DNA of 63,484 nucleotides, filler included, from Choristocarpus tenellus KU-1152 (lineage: Eukaryota > Protista > Phaeophyceae), in assembly GCA_964200185.2 (NCBI GenBank). It is 7 parts of 7 records of this genome, joined end to end, with 100 filler letters (N's around TTAATTAATTAA, not from the genome) between each part and the next. Parts side by side here need not be neighbours in the genome. Positions count along the whole stretch, not along the records: positions 22,028 to 24,887 come from CAXNAD020024146.1; positions 24,988 to 40,940 come from CAXNAD020000898.1; 5 more parts are not named here. One strand, 5' to 3'. The notes beneath the pieces were generated by a model. It did not search any database, was not told the DNA's origin, and worked only from the letters and a program-made list of their open reading frames with translations. Numbering within the stretch: the stretch's first letter is position 1; the number at the start of each line of letters is the position of its first letter. The translations under genes were made by a program, and so were the position numbers. Positions 22,138-35,381 of this stretch are shown here, one piece after another.

Positions 22138-24243
22138 CTGGTCCGTTGCACGCTCCTCAGATTGACTGAGAGGTACTATAGCACCATACCCTGCCGTCAT
22201 CGCCAAGCTCTTTTTCTGTCCTTTTGCTCCCCCTACCACCCCCTGCAAAGTGCTAGTTGTTGTTCGACCCAGTTCAGCATCCCCTCCCCCATCACACTCG
22301 AGTAAGGGAGAAGAAGTTTGTCGCCGGGGGGATGGTGTGTTTTCAATAGGATCCCCCACCCTAGCAGGTGTCGACAGCATTGACCCAGTTTTTTCACAAG
22401 GAGGAGTTTGCAACGGTTCTCGAACAGTCGATATCCCACCCATGTTAGCCTCCTTGTTTTTCAACACGCTCAAATGTTCATTGTAAGAGACCTCGTCACT
22501 AACCCACATAGATGTACTTGCTTCCATAGCACCCCCGGTGACATTTGGAGAATCCTCCTTTTTTCCCAGGCATGCCCCACGTGCTATCAGGAGGGGAGTG
22601 CCACCACTACCAACTCCACTGAAACCACTCTCACCACCAAGCCCACCCTCTTGTTTCTGTGTTTTCATCAGCCTCCTAACACTCTCCAATTCCTCTGTCA
22701 GCTCATGAACACGTCTCTCTGCCCCATCTGCACGCTGCAAGAGCTCCAGAGTGAAGCGAAGGAGGGTAGCAACTACTGTGCCCCCTTTAGTAGAATGCAC
22801 CCCTCCCTCCTCAGCAGTATATGCCTCCCCTCCTTTTACACTTTCACCCTCACTATGCCTTCCTAGGCCGTGTTCCATTCCAGGTGACTCATGTCCTTTG
22901 TGTCCAATCGGTCTCGTCTCCATTGGCATATGCACAGGGGTGATGGGAATTGATGATGGTGGGTAACCGAGATGGAGAGCAATGGCATTGACAAGCCCCT
23001 CTAACCCAACAGTAATTGGCTGCTGCTTCTCATCCCCCATCACTCTCCTCCCGACTGCTCCTCCCTCTTCTAGATTGGCACCTGCTTCGTGATCTTGGAG
23101 TATTGATTGTTCCTGCCTGTCATCAACTACTGAACCCCACGGATTTGCTTTTTTAGACCAACTCTCACGGTCCAGCTCATGGTTTGCGTCCCTAGTGGTG
23201 ATGTGATGACCCATACTAGTAGTGGTTGTAACGCACTCATTGGTGACCACTTTATTGCCAAACTTTGGTCTACTGGACTTGCAATTAGTTCCAGGCGATG
23301 CAATTACCTCCTTATGCGGTCCATTGCCACTCTTATTGCTGCTGATACAAGTTCCTTTATTTTCTTTGTTAGTTTCTGCTTCGGCAAGGTTACCCTTGCC
23401 TTCATTGTCACTGCATTCGCCCCCAATGCCTCCCCCCCGCCCTCCTGGACTGGTCACCAAAAGCCCGCCCTCGAGATGTCGGACATGGTCACGAAAGGCC
23501 TCTATCTCCATCTCTATTCCAGATAGGTAATGACCATTCTCCCTGGCCATGCCGGAGATGTCTACGTCTACCTCTTCACTCCTACCAGCAAGAATGAGGA
23601 AATCCGACGTTGTCACATCGTCGGGACCGACATCGTTAGTATCGTTCCGACCACCACCTGCCCCGGCGTTCATTGTTACATCACTGCTGGAAGGGGACTC
23701 GGAAATCAGTGATTTTTGCTGTAGCTGGACCTCCTTGAGCACAGCGTCAATCATTGGATTCTTGTGATCTCTCACAGCAGCGGTGGCGGGCGAGTCACGC
23801 CGACCCTTACTACCACGCCGTCGAGTGGTGCGAACTGCTCCAATATTCGAAGACTGTGCTTGCCCAGAAAGAAGAACGTTGTGCTTAGACACCAGCAACA
23901 TCTTACGTCTGACTGCTTCCTCTGTCGTCAGGCGATATATGGAGGGGTCCTTCTGGTTGCCATCCCAGTCAGGTCGTTTGCGCAAAGGTCTGGACGAACT
24001 TTTCCCGGTTGATCGTCCTCGCCTTGACCCGGCAACTACCTCGAAGGGAGAGTAGGGGGAGATTTTTGCTCTTTGCACTCCCCTACCCCTCGCCACTTGC
24101 GGCGAAGATGAGGCCAGAGCCTTGCGAGTATCAGTGTGCCCTGCTCGTCTACCTGACTCAGACGTAGGTGGAACCAGGGGAGTCCTTTTGCTTGAAGCTC
24201 GAATTGGGATTCCATTAAGTCGCTGTCCCGTGACTTCTTGCAT
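22138..24243 (-). CDS. SPICE1: SPICE1-like (spindle and centriole-associated protein 1) first exon, 3' truncated
   Basis: About 700 open codons. The motif RPDWDGNQKDPSIYRLTTEEAVRRKMLLVSKHN matches the SPICE1 N-terminal pattern W-D-x4-D-x4-R-x-T-x-E-x2-RR-x4/5-SK-(x)-N as recalled from animal SPICE1. A coiled coil follows later (LLQRADGAERRVHELTEELESVRR). The exon ends at the donor CAG|GTGCGA. Confidence 0.6.
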
Positions 24244-24887
24244 TCGGAGACCCGTCTTTGTATACATGAGATCTGGAGTACAGCATAACACAATGAATGT
24301 ATGGGAATGGGGAGTTTGACTCTGGTGTTCAGAAGTCGATTGTGAATATGTCTAAATCATCACCCCTAAACGCCATAAGGGTATCAAAGGCTTTCCTTCG
24401 ACACATACTCCAACAAACTAAACCCGATAGAGCTAATGCTTTGACCTTCAACTGTTGATCAGCAAGGCAGACTTGTTGTGTATCATGCCCTGGAAGAGGT
24501 GGGCAAGGAGGAAAGTCAACCTCGTCACCCGGTGCATATGTCGTCAACTTTGATTTTATCCACTCAAACACCGCACAGATTAGACCCCAGTGTCATACAA
24601 GTTTTCTTCCTTCAACCACAACTCCTTTATGCGGCAGGAGGTTCCTATTGCTGTCTTGCGTTTTAGGTGTGCATTGGTTTCCCCAAAATTTTGAAGTTGA
24701 CTTTCAAAACAATACGCGCAGAACGCGAAGAGCGCGCAAACGAGTTTGGTTTTGCTTGTAGTTTGTTTTTTTAAAGGAATTCCACCCAAATTAACCCTTT
24801 TAAGATTAGGGAAACCTTATGAAGTAATCCGAAGCTCCCCCCCCAGGGGCACAGGAATAGGTAGATGGGAAGATAAGGACGACAGTA

Positions 24888-24987
24888 NNNNNNNNNNNNN
24901 NNNNNNNNNNNNNNNNNNNNNNNNNNNNNNNTTAATTAATTAANNNNNNNNNNNNNNNNNNNNNNNNNNNNNNNNNNNNNNNNNNNN
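24888..24987. other. Artificial contig-joining linker
   Basis: Same 100-bp cassette. Confidence 0.98.
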
Positions 24988-27900
24988 CCATCCTGACTCT
25001 GAACAGGGGTGAATTGAACAAAGGGGGGGGGGGGACAGCTGGGGAGAGATAATGTGCCAGAGGAGGAGTGGACGTTTGGCAGCACTGCTGTTCTGGTTGT
25101 AGGGGGTGTCCTTCTGCATTGTAATGGAGCAGGAGAGCTCCAGGTAAGTAAGGGATGCATTGTGCATTTCTCAAGTTATATCCTGCGTTTAATGTTGCAA
25201 GACCGTTCAGCTGTTTGCAGTAGACTTCAGGGTATTGTTCAACAGGCGGAGGAGAAGGAAGGTAGGGGGGCGGAGCAGGAGAAGGTGGAAAGCAAATGTT
25301 CTTGCTGTGCAGACTTGGAAGAGAGCACTGTTAGCTATTTTTCTTTGTTTTTTAATGTGTTACTTTGTGCTAAACACCTCTAAGGCTATGGTGAAAATAT
25401 GAGTATTAGTATTGTTAACGTTTGTCATTGCTTTCTTGCCCTAGCCAGTGTACACAGCAGCATTCCTTCCCCCTGTTTCACGATCCCCCCCCCCCCCCCC
25501 CCCACGCCGACCCGCGGAATGTTCACTAGATAGAGGACATGGGTCGTTGGGTGAAAGGGACAACTGATAGACCCTCTCCAGGTGACGCAGCCACATTTAC
25601 AACCCATGTCAGCCTTGGAGGCCATGTAAGTGGCAAGCTCTCCTTGGAGTGGTACAAGGAAGAAGGCCTGGTGGCTGTCGGTATTGTGGCCGATGCTGTG
25701 AAGTTCCTAGAACCCAGGACTGGCAGGGTGGAGCGCAGCCTTGAGGTGTGATACATTAGTGCTTCTGTTTATGGTGTACTGTGCTGAAGGTGGTGTGATA
25801 CTGGAACAAAAATATTTTATTGTATGTCGAAGTGAAATTGTTGGCAATGAGAGGCAAGGTGAGGGGAGGGGGTGTTTGAACTCCTTCCCCATCCACCTTC
25901 CCCAACTGTTCTTTGATCTGAGTCAGCACGGGTTGCCTAAATTGCCTTTCCAAAACCCAGTGCCCACGTGCCTAAACCAAGAGTCTGGTAGTATTGTGTT
26001 TCGTATATATTGAATGGGATCATTACTCTACACCCATTTCACGAAGCAGGTTGGATCTGCCGTGGCTGACTTCAAGATTGAGAGAGATTCACTCTATGTG
26101 TGCTACTTCTTCAGTGGTGTGCAGGTGTGACTAACGGCAATGTTGTAATAATAATGCTGAAGGTTTTATTGATGAGAAGAGTATGAGAGATGGATACCTC
26201 ACTGCTTTAATCCCCTTTTTGTTCAGGCACTTACCACCTCCTGTCATTTCAATTGGCCTTCTCCCCCTTGCTGCATCCCTTCCATTCAGAAACTTTTGAT
26301 TTTTTGGGGGTACATCTTAGACTTTAGACCAATCACTCTCAACTGTTACGAACCTTGAATTTGCGGGGAATGTTATCTATGTAGATGATTGAGTAGGGTG
26401 CTGGGTCGTTGGTAAGGTAACTCTTTTTGCTTTAATTTGGGGCGACAATTCAAAGCTCGAGAAGAGTACAAACACATACACACATCCATGAGAAGTGGAC
26501 TATAAGGGGTGCTGAGTGTGACAGGTACACTTGAAACTAAAATAACAAGGAAGGCTATTAGAATGTATGTGTGATAGGGTCGCATTGATTTAAAGCTGTG
26601 CATACTGCGACTCATGAGGCAACAAACATTACAATATTTCAATACTGTACCTTACGCCACACCAGAAATAACGTACTCAAAGTAGTCAACACTAGTGGGG
26701 GGCCTCAAATCAAAGTACAGTTTTATATGGAATTGATAGTGAGCAACATATGATTTTGATGTTGATTCACTTGACACAGCCATGTTTCAGTACATCAAAA
26801 GCATGTTTGAGCTTTTCACATTTCGATGCAGCAATAGTGACTTGATATTTGAGGCAACCAATCAAAATTGACTCCCTCCAATGGTGTGGGTTACACAGTA
26901 TGGACAGTGGCAGGACGATATGCAATAAAAACCCTACTCATCAAGTATCAGCCCAGTAGTATAAAAGCACTACACAATGCATCAAATACACGTTTTTCTT
27001 CAAAGCATAATGTTGAAACATTGATAGTGGAATGTGAGACCCATCCCTACTCAGCATGTACTCACGCCCAACGATCGCGTTTTTTTGCAGCACAGTAGTC
27101 AAACCTCGCCATGGGCACTCCCAATATCCCCTATCCATTGCAGATCTGGCATATCCCAACAGGGTTATGTACTGGTAAGACGCAAGCAATTGTTCACAAG
27201 GTGTATTCAACTTGCCTGGAGATAGGGCAGAGATCGATTGCTGTGGGTACCATGTATGGAAAGATCAAGGTGAGTGCAGGGGTGTCAAATTGAAAGAGAT
27301 GGAAGCAGACTTCGAAAAATAAGATTGGGGGTTGGACATGGTTGTGTTCCCTTGTTGTGTGTGTGAATGGCCATAGGTTGTATTCAGCCAAGATAAGGAG
27401 ATTCTTGTTTTGTTGCTGTTAGAATAGTGCTTGGAAATTCAAAGTAGATGTAGAATTGTTCTTGAAAGTGGGGTAATGGCGTCTGTGCATATACTCTAGG
27501 CATCAAATGACAGAAATAATGAACAATACAGAAGCTTCGATATTATGGGGAGTGGGAAATGGGGAGTTGAATTTCACAAAATGAAGTGCCGCGTGATCAC
27601 TTCATTCCTTCCAATCTGTAAAAGCAACCTATTTGACCATCTTTCGTATGACCATTCGTCACTTTCCCTTCTTTCTGAAACGCTACAAAAGTAATACACA
27701 TCTATATCAATAGTATATTTCCTTACAATATGAACCTTAGAAACCCCAAAAACTGGTACCAACAGACAGCTGTGCCTCCCCTACCTCCACTCGTGCATTA
27801 GGTCTGGGACAAAACCACCCTGTCCTACAGGCTGCAGGTTGATGCAGCGCCAACATTGGCACCACATGCTGCACTACCTCACATTGCCCACAGCCCAATG

Positions 27901-28374
27901 TTTCCCTTGCAGCACACACCCCCTCCGATCTCAAGTCTAGCAGCAGACGGCAATGGCCGTTTCTTCTCTTCCTGTGAAGGGCACATCCATGTGTGGAGTG
28001 AGGATTCTTGGGGTGCCGAACCACGAACAGGAAAAGGAAAGTACCTTGACCTTGGGATTGGGGCAGGGCCTGCCACCGTCCTGAAATGCTGTGTAGAGGG
28101 AGTTCTGGCTGTGGCTATGATGGATGGAGGAGTGATCATTTGGTCAGTTGAAAAGCAAGAGCAACTCAGGCATCTTGATGGGGTTGGGCATGAAGGTGAG
28201 CCAATACTAGCACTGGCAATTGGTGGAGCTATCCTGCATGGTGCCAGCACAGCTTTGAGAAAAGGGTGTGTGACAGTAAATGCAGACAGGGGAGCGGAGG
28301 GTGGATTGGGAGAGGCTGGCATTGCACCGGTGGTTGTGGCTGTGTCAAGGAGATCTCTGGAAGTTTGGCGATAG
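24988..28374 (+). CDS. WD40/beta-propeller repeat protein, 3' part
   Basis: Phase-0 exon chain: <25143, 25530-25745, 26050-26124, 27144-27269, 27802-28374(stop). The joins create WD motifs SGVQ|IWHIPTG and VGTMYGKIK|VWDKTT. EGHIHVW, DGGVIIWSVE and SLEVWR are also present. Confidence 0.8.
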
Positions 28375-28846
28375 GGTCAACCCTGGGCTGGTGCTGTCTT
28401 TAGATGTATTATTGCCGTTTTTGTGGAGATCCAAACGCTCCACCCAACATTCAAGTTTTGTCATCAACCTTTTTTGAGGGAGGTGAACTTCAAGGGGTGT
28501 GAATATGTGAATACATGGTGAAGTATGGCCATGGTCTTTATGTAGCATCATGCTGTTTTCTGTATATGGGTTTGTATCACTGTACATATTGTCACTTTTT
28601 GAATATTGATATTAATAAAGTGGTGTGGGTGACATGTATTGGATAGGGTACTCCTGTCCAGGTGGGGGTATATGTATGTAGGTGGGTTTTTCACTCTGTT
28701 TTCTTAAGTATGGTACATAAACCAATTTACAGACTTCACAGCACCCGGAACTATTTGTCTTCTGTTGTGTGAAAATACCCTCTTATTTTGTGTATTACAG
28801 GGTTACTCTTCTCCTCCTCTTTTCACACCCTCACCAATACTACTGT

Positions 28847-31800
28847 TTACACCACCGCCCTATTCTGGAGTGTGACCCAGCAGTTTGGCCTAGCCCTTGC
28901 CATCTCCACTGCAGCACTCCTCTTCACCGGCCAACACGAAACCCGGACAAGTCTAGGCAATGACGGAGGATCAAATAGCTCCACAGAGTCATGACTCACT
29001 CCATGACATTCATGGAGATCAATATTTTTAAGTCGTGTTGAACATGTTGCTTGAGTGAGGGCAAGGATGGTGCCATCCGTGATGCCAGAGCAAAGTGCGA
29101 GCCTTATCTCCTGAAATGTTAGGGTATCACAGAAGATGTGGATATATGTGTTATTTTTCAAGTCAGAAAAAGTGTTTCTGGTAGGGAGGCAAGAGTGCAA
29201 GAAGGTTTGTCGTATAGAAGCTAGACCTGGTGTTTTCAGGGCTGAGAATTAGATGCAGGGACTGGGATGATGAATAGGATGGTGATAATACAACCCAGGC
29301 AGACACTGGAGGCACGAGGAAATAGATCGCTGGACAAAGGTGGGTGACAGCCTCATAGCAACTTCATTAGTAAGAAAAGAATCCCAGATTCCTGCAGTCA
29401 ACCTCTTTGAAACAAGGCCATACCTTCACTAGATTTTGTGTTCAATAATTCAGTCCAGATCAGCGTTTCATCCTGCATATGGAGCATGTCAAAAATCTCA
29501 TTTCAGGAATGTGTGAAATACGTTGTTACCTTTACCCAAACAATGTTACAGGCATATATATATACCCAATAGTGGCTACAAGGGGTGCATGGTTTTGCCT
29601 CTTTTTCCAAAGAGACAGACCAGAAAGTATTTTAGTGCTATCTTTTGATCAATAAAGCAGTTCTGGGGACGACTTTGTGCTGCCAGGGCACATCCTCTCA
29701 GCTGGGTATTCTTAGTGCTAGCCTCTACTCCTATTATGACTCTAAACTTCATATATACATATTATATGCATCCGAACAATAAACAATCATACCTCAAGTT
29801 GTGGCACTTTATCCAGCACATTCCCCACATCCTTGTCATATAGAGAGGTCAGTCCAGCCAAGTCGAGTGCACGCGTGTCTACACCCAATCGCCCTGAGCT
29901 CACCAGAGCTGCAAGCCCCAATAAGGATTCTTGCAGCCCCTCACACCATGCTAATGAGAGTCTTCGGAGCTGAGGCAAAGTGGGCTCAGAAAGGGCTCCT
30001 TGACCTCTGATCATTGCTGACATCTGAGGATGTGGTATACCAAGTGTGTGTGAGGGGGATGAGACACCACCTGTTCTGCCCCCCACAGTGACACCCTGCC
30101 CTCCTAAACATCTCCTGTTGAGGCCCTCGGATCGAGTTGATGGTGGGGCAGGGGGTGTATGTGTGCACGCTACAACAAGACCTGAACTTGAGAACGGGCA
30201 CCTGGACAGGTTCTACAAGCACAGGGAAGAGAGGGCAGAAGAGGATGGGGAAAGGGGATTTGCCAATAGTAGTGAATGCATTCGCTGCTGATACAAAGGC
30301 GTTGGTATCCTCATAATAAATACTGACAATGAAGTCCTTTGGGTAATAGAAGGTGCTGATGTAGGTGCCTTTGGAGTTTGCAAATAGTGCATTTGCATTC
30401 CTTTTGGAGAGAGACAGAAAGAGCAAACTAAGAACTGCACACTTCTCTGAGATGGGGCCATGAGCACGTACTAAATATAGATGGTATTTTAAGCGGCAAA
30501 TCTCATTGAAACTCCCAATCACTTTCTCCCTCTTCCTCAAACAAACTCCTTTACCAGGTCCTTGAGGCCCTCAAGAGCCATGATTGGTGGTAGCACATCA
30601 TCTGTCACATAACAGTTAGACAGATCCAGCTCTTCAAGACATGGACCGCATGCGCTATAGTAGAGAGGTCAAAATTGTTGGCAAGGGGGAGAAGGGAGAG
30701 GACCATAGTGTCAGAACATGCGTATGTGAGTAGGCATAACCAAACACACTCTACATTCCTTGACACATAAAAAATACAGAGTACCACTTCAATACTTAAA
30801 CGCAAATACAGTAACAACCAATCACTATAGAGCGATGCAATCATCGTAGAAATAACATACATCAGCTGAGGCAGACTACAGCAACAACATATTATCGGGA
30901 CAGTGATTGAGGTCAAGGTCAGTAGTGGTCAGGACAATTGAATTTAGGATTGATGGGAGATATTCATTTTGCACCCCAATACACACAACTTCATTAGTCA
31001 CACTCCTTACTCAGTTGAACAATTTCAGAAATAGAAGCAATATTCAGAAACAATAGCATTATCCTGTTCTTCTCAACACAAGGCAAGTTACTCAGTGTAT
31101 CAGGCAGCCCAAGTATGATCCGTTCCCACTGCAAACACTCACAACCAAGACTGAACAACACAAGGCATCTACAATACAACACAACCATGCACTTGATGCC
31201 ATTTCAAATGCAAACTCTGAGTGGTATGATAATATCATCCACACAAAGACAGCGTAAACTTTCCATTATTGAGAAAGCAAATACGACGACATAGAGCCCA
31301 AGTTTAGGGCAGACAAAAATACATTTTTGAACAGGTTGCTATTGCCCAAGAAAAAAATGGGAATGAGTTGCTCAAAAACCAGCGAGTACATACTGCTACT
31401 ATCAACTATCAACTATCAGGAGGGTAGGCAAAACCTTCTCAACCATCCTCACATTGAAGTGCCAAGGATAACGGGTAGATCCAAATTTTGGACCCCTATC
31501 CTCTGATTTCATATGAGGCACTGCATTTCCTGCACATGTATTGGTATGTGGCCAAGGGTGCAAAATATTAGTCCTAAATCAATAGTGCCCTACAGAGATC
31601 AATATTTCCCCCTATTATCCCTAACAATGAAGGTGAACAAGAAACAAAAAAATGGTACAAAGATCTAACGAACTCCTGCTGATATTTCCAAACATCATGT
31701 GATCAGAGAGTACCGCTCCATATCATGGGTCAGGGAATCCTTCTCTGACTGACCGACCACATCACAGCAAAACCGCTCACCTGATTAGTGCCCACAGCAT

Positions 31801-34800
31801 CTCGGGGCCTAGTGCAGTGCAGTGGCTGAGGCTTAGACGAGTCAGGCGAGAAATGGCCTCCACACGACGCACTGACTGAGGGGTTAAGACTGAGGGTTGT
31901 ATGAACACATGCCCCTCCAGCTGCAGACATCCTAACACCCAACAAACACACGTGAGGGTGGCAGTATCCAGGATTCATTAGGGGATGCGCACTTATTGCT
32001 AGTAACACTCAGTAGTAGAGACGAGGGAGGGAAGGGAAAGCACAAAGCAGGCACCTTCCAAGCGCAGTTGTCGGAGATAGGCATTGTCAAGTAGGGCGGC
32101 CAAAGTTGTGTCTGTCGCCCTGGAAGCCCCAGTGAGCTCAACACACTCCAGGTGGCTAAGACCCATTGCCACGAATACCAGACCCACATCACTGCATCTT
32201 TTGGGGATGGACAAAAACGGGGGCATGGAAGCAGAAACACTTGTGAGTTGTGTGTGCGGTGGGTAGCAGAGGAGTATTTGGTGCCAGGGTTGAGGCAATA
32301 TTACCGGTAGCAGTTTCAGGAATTCCCCTATTGCTTTCACAACTGATCAATATATGTGATGAGATATATTGCTCAACTAGAAATGCAAGAGGAAGTCTAG
32401 TGGAGGGGCACCACCTGTGCACACTTACGAAAAAAAACGTAACTTACCCTCTAAGTCCGCGGCGGGGATCACTCCTCAAGGTCAGGGAACGCAACTTCCT
32501 CATCTGCGCCAGCGAACATAACCCAGCGTCACTGAATCCTGATGGTTCCTCCCTCTGATGTAATGAGAGCTAGAGCATAGATCACATCAAGGGTCATGAC
32601 AGGTGAGAGCGTAAGGGGAACTTCTTGGGGGGGGGAGAGGTGTGTAAGAATCTCACACAGGGTCAAGGGACCTCAAGGTCTGTCAAGAGTGGACAGGGAG
32701 TTGTTGATTGACAGAAGGGGATGGCAAGGTAATGCGTTGTCTGGAAAATGAAGACAGAAGTATACAACAGCTACACAAGGAAGACTTGGCAACTGACATT
32801 ACTCCCCCAACCATGTTACATTTTCTTGTCACCCCAAAATCAACCCCAAACACCACTACAGCAACATATTTCACCCCATCTATAAAACAAAAAAATAGTG
32901 GTGAATTTTCCAGAGGCATTGTCCTTGCATCAACACACAATAGTATGATTATGCCATTTTAGTCTTGGTATTTTACTGTGCCATAGGGATGCCTAATCTC
33001 ACAATCACAAAACTCCCCCAAAACTGCGCATTCATGCTCTAACCATTACCCACTCCCCAAAACTACACCAAATCCCTATTTCCCTCGCTTTGTCACTGGA
33101 CAGTAGCATCAACAGCACTTCTCATTCCAGCAAGCATACCTCTTCAATATGTGTGCAGACCTGAGCAATGGCAGAGCACAAAACATCTGTGATGGTATCC
33201 ACAATCAGGGTCAAATGCACTAGCCCACTTAGTAGCGGTTGACCTCCCCAAATGGGCCACCCCTGATGGCCGTCGCCCTCCAAAATCAATTCGCCTCGCA
33301 GAGCTAAGGAAAACTGGGTGGCGGATACCACGGCCAGATTAAGTTCCCTCATTCCCCCCCTGAGGTTGAGACCCTCACCTGAAACCTCTCTCTCCACCCC
33401 ACCCCCTGGATGATCAGCATCATAGTGTGGGGGGCGTAACACAGTAGGAACAAACACAGGAACAATTGCATCAAGGGGTAGTGTGTCATCAACAATGTTA
33501 ACCAGGGTGAGGCAGTCAAGCCCTTGGTTTGCAACTGCCAGGTCACGCAGGGGTTGCCATGCCTCATCCTTGTCCAGTCCTCGTCCCAGACTACACACAC
33601 AAAGGGACCGTAGCTGTGCCGGCGAAATCAGTAAGCTGCTGTCACTGTTACCAACGTCACACTGGACCCTACCATCGCAGCTTTCACCAGCTTGGCTACT
33701 ATGTGACCAACCCTGGCAAATCCTTTTACCCAACGGGCTGCATACTACAGAGGAATCGCCTTCACCCTTGCCAGTTGCTCCGTGTCCTCCCATTCCTGTC
33801 ATGTCTTGTTTTGATGTTTCGGAAATGACCTCAGCTATGGCGACAGGATGTTCTCGTTTTACTATGTACCTGTCCCTCCTTTTCCTCAACATCTCAGAAC
33901 GTCTTGCTAGGGTATCAATGGCGCCTTTAGTGAGACGATGGCACTGATAAAGGGCAAGGGTCTTAAGACCAGGGACACCCTGAGCAAGGATGGAGATCCC
34001 CGTGTCAGAAAGGGCCCGAGCGTCGAGGTCCACCTCGGTTAGAGCAGGACAGCTGGGCGCACAAGACAGGCATGAGACACAAGCCAAAAACCCTTGGAGA
34101 GTTATATATGTGGTGTCAACGTCCAGGGTCATTCAGCCCAAATAGTAATTATAGAAATGTCAAAAATGCCACCACTGCAGTATGGTCATTTACAAAGTCC
34201 CTCTATCGCTCTGTTGCTCGCTGTCCATGGTAAATATAATAGGAAAGCAATGATCCTTTCAAGTTGACAATGTCTCATGCTTGTAGCTACCTTCCTTGAT
34301 CCAACATAAGACAGGGTTCTCACGAACTTAACACGCACATAGACATACACTACGTTGAGTCATTATCACCAGCAAGTGAAGAATGGTACTGGTGCATATC
34401 TAAACAATGAAATGAGGGGAAAGGTGTAGCTACTAGCACACTTGAGTATAGTGGCCAAAAAAGATGCCCTACACTAAACGCATCCTCACCTCACCCCAAA
34501 ATCAACCACTATACTGTTGAAGACCAACCAATATCAGCAAAGCATCAACTTCATACTCTACTACATTTATTGCGCAAGGGAAATAATTCTCTACTTCAAA
34601 TATTTACTGCCCGATTAAAACTCACCGACTGAGCAATGCTCGCAGTCCCTTGTCATCCACGAACGGAGGATCTCCTCCAAGTGAAAGGTGGGTCCACCTT
34701 TGTTGCACAACCCTACAGGCACCATATACTTGTCGGCTCACTGGTGCCACTCTGCAGGAGTCAACGACACTGATCCATGATAAGCAGCGGACTATGAGCA

Positions 34801-34846
34801 CGTTCGGGAGTTGTACAGCGCTTGCTCTCCTTCTTCGTAGAGTCAT
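28847..34846 (-). CDS. F-box/leucine-rich-repeat protein (FBXL-like), complete 8-exon model, ~777 aa
   Basis: Exons 34846-34626, 34052-33140, 32569-32448, 32197-32055, 31931-31781, 30654-30555, 30212-29793 and 29110-28847 total 2334 nt and are all phase-compatible. The N-terminal F-box reads LPNVLIVRCLSWISVVDSCRVAPVSR. Cysteine-containing LRRs include LKTLALYQCHRLT, LEELDLSNCYVTD, LKDL|NLSRCPFS and LRRLSLAWCEGL. Confidence 0.88.
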
Positions 34847-35381
34847 GGACTCTGTAGCTTTCGTCCTAAAGTTGGATTAACTACAAAAAATGTGAAGGTT
34901 GCAAACACTAAAGAATACACATCCAGTTCAAAATAAATTTCGAAATGTTTACATCAAAATGTGTATTACGTACTTTACATAGGAAAAGATTCAGAAACCG
35001 CTTGAACATCCTAGCTGGGAATAGGACGATGTGTAGAGTTGGTATATAATTGGACATACGGTGCTTCAAGAGCTTATTCACCAGAAATCACAGTTGTAAC
35101 CTTTGGTCAGGTGTTGCCCAACTTCACGAATAAAGCGCTAGGGTTCATTGATAGGGTTCATTGATCGAGACTGGTACCACACACGTAACATCGTACAACA
35201 AATAAAATCGTTGTCTCCTTGCGGACAAGGGAGGGACCCCGAGTTTAGATCATCCCTTTGTGAAAAACTGGTGTAAAAACTGGTGTGGAATATTTGTGCA
35301 TACCTGAGACAGTAGAACGAGAAGAAGAGGACATGGACGAGGCTCACCTTCGCCCACACTCTGTACCAAAGTGCCTTCAGA
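34847..35381. promoter_or_regulatory. Probable bidirectional promoter region between the F-box/LRR and KATNIP-like genes
   Basis: The predicted starts are head-to-head about 535 bp apart. The region contains short duplications (TAGGGTTCATTGA x2; AAAAACTGGTGT x2). Positional inference only. Confidence 0.35.
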
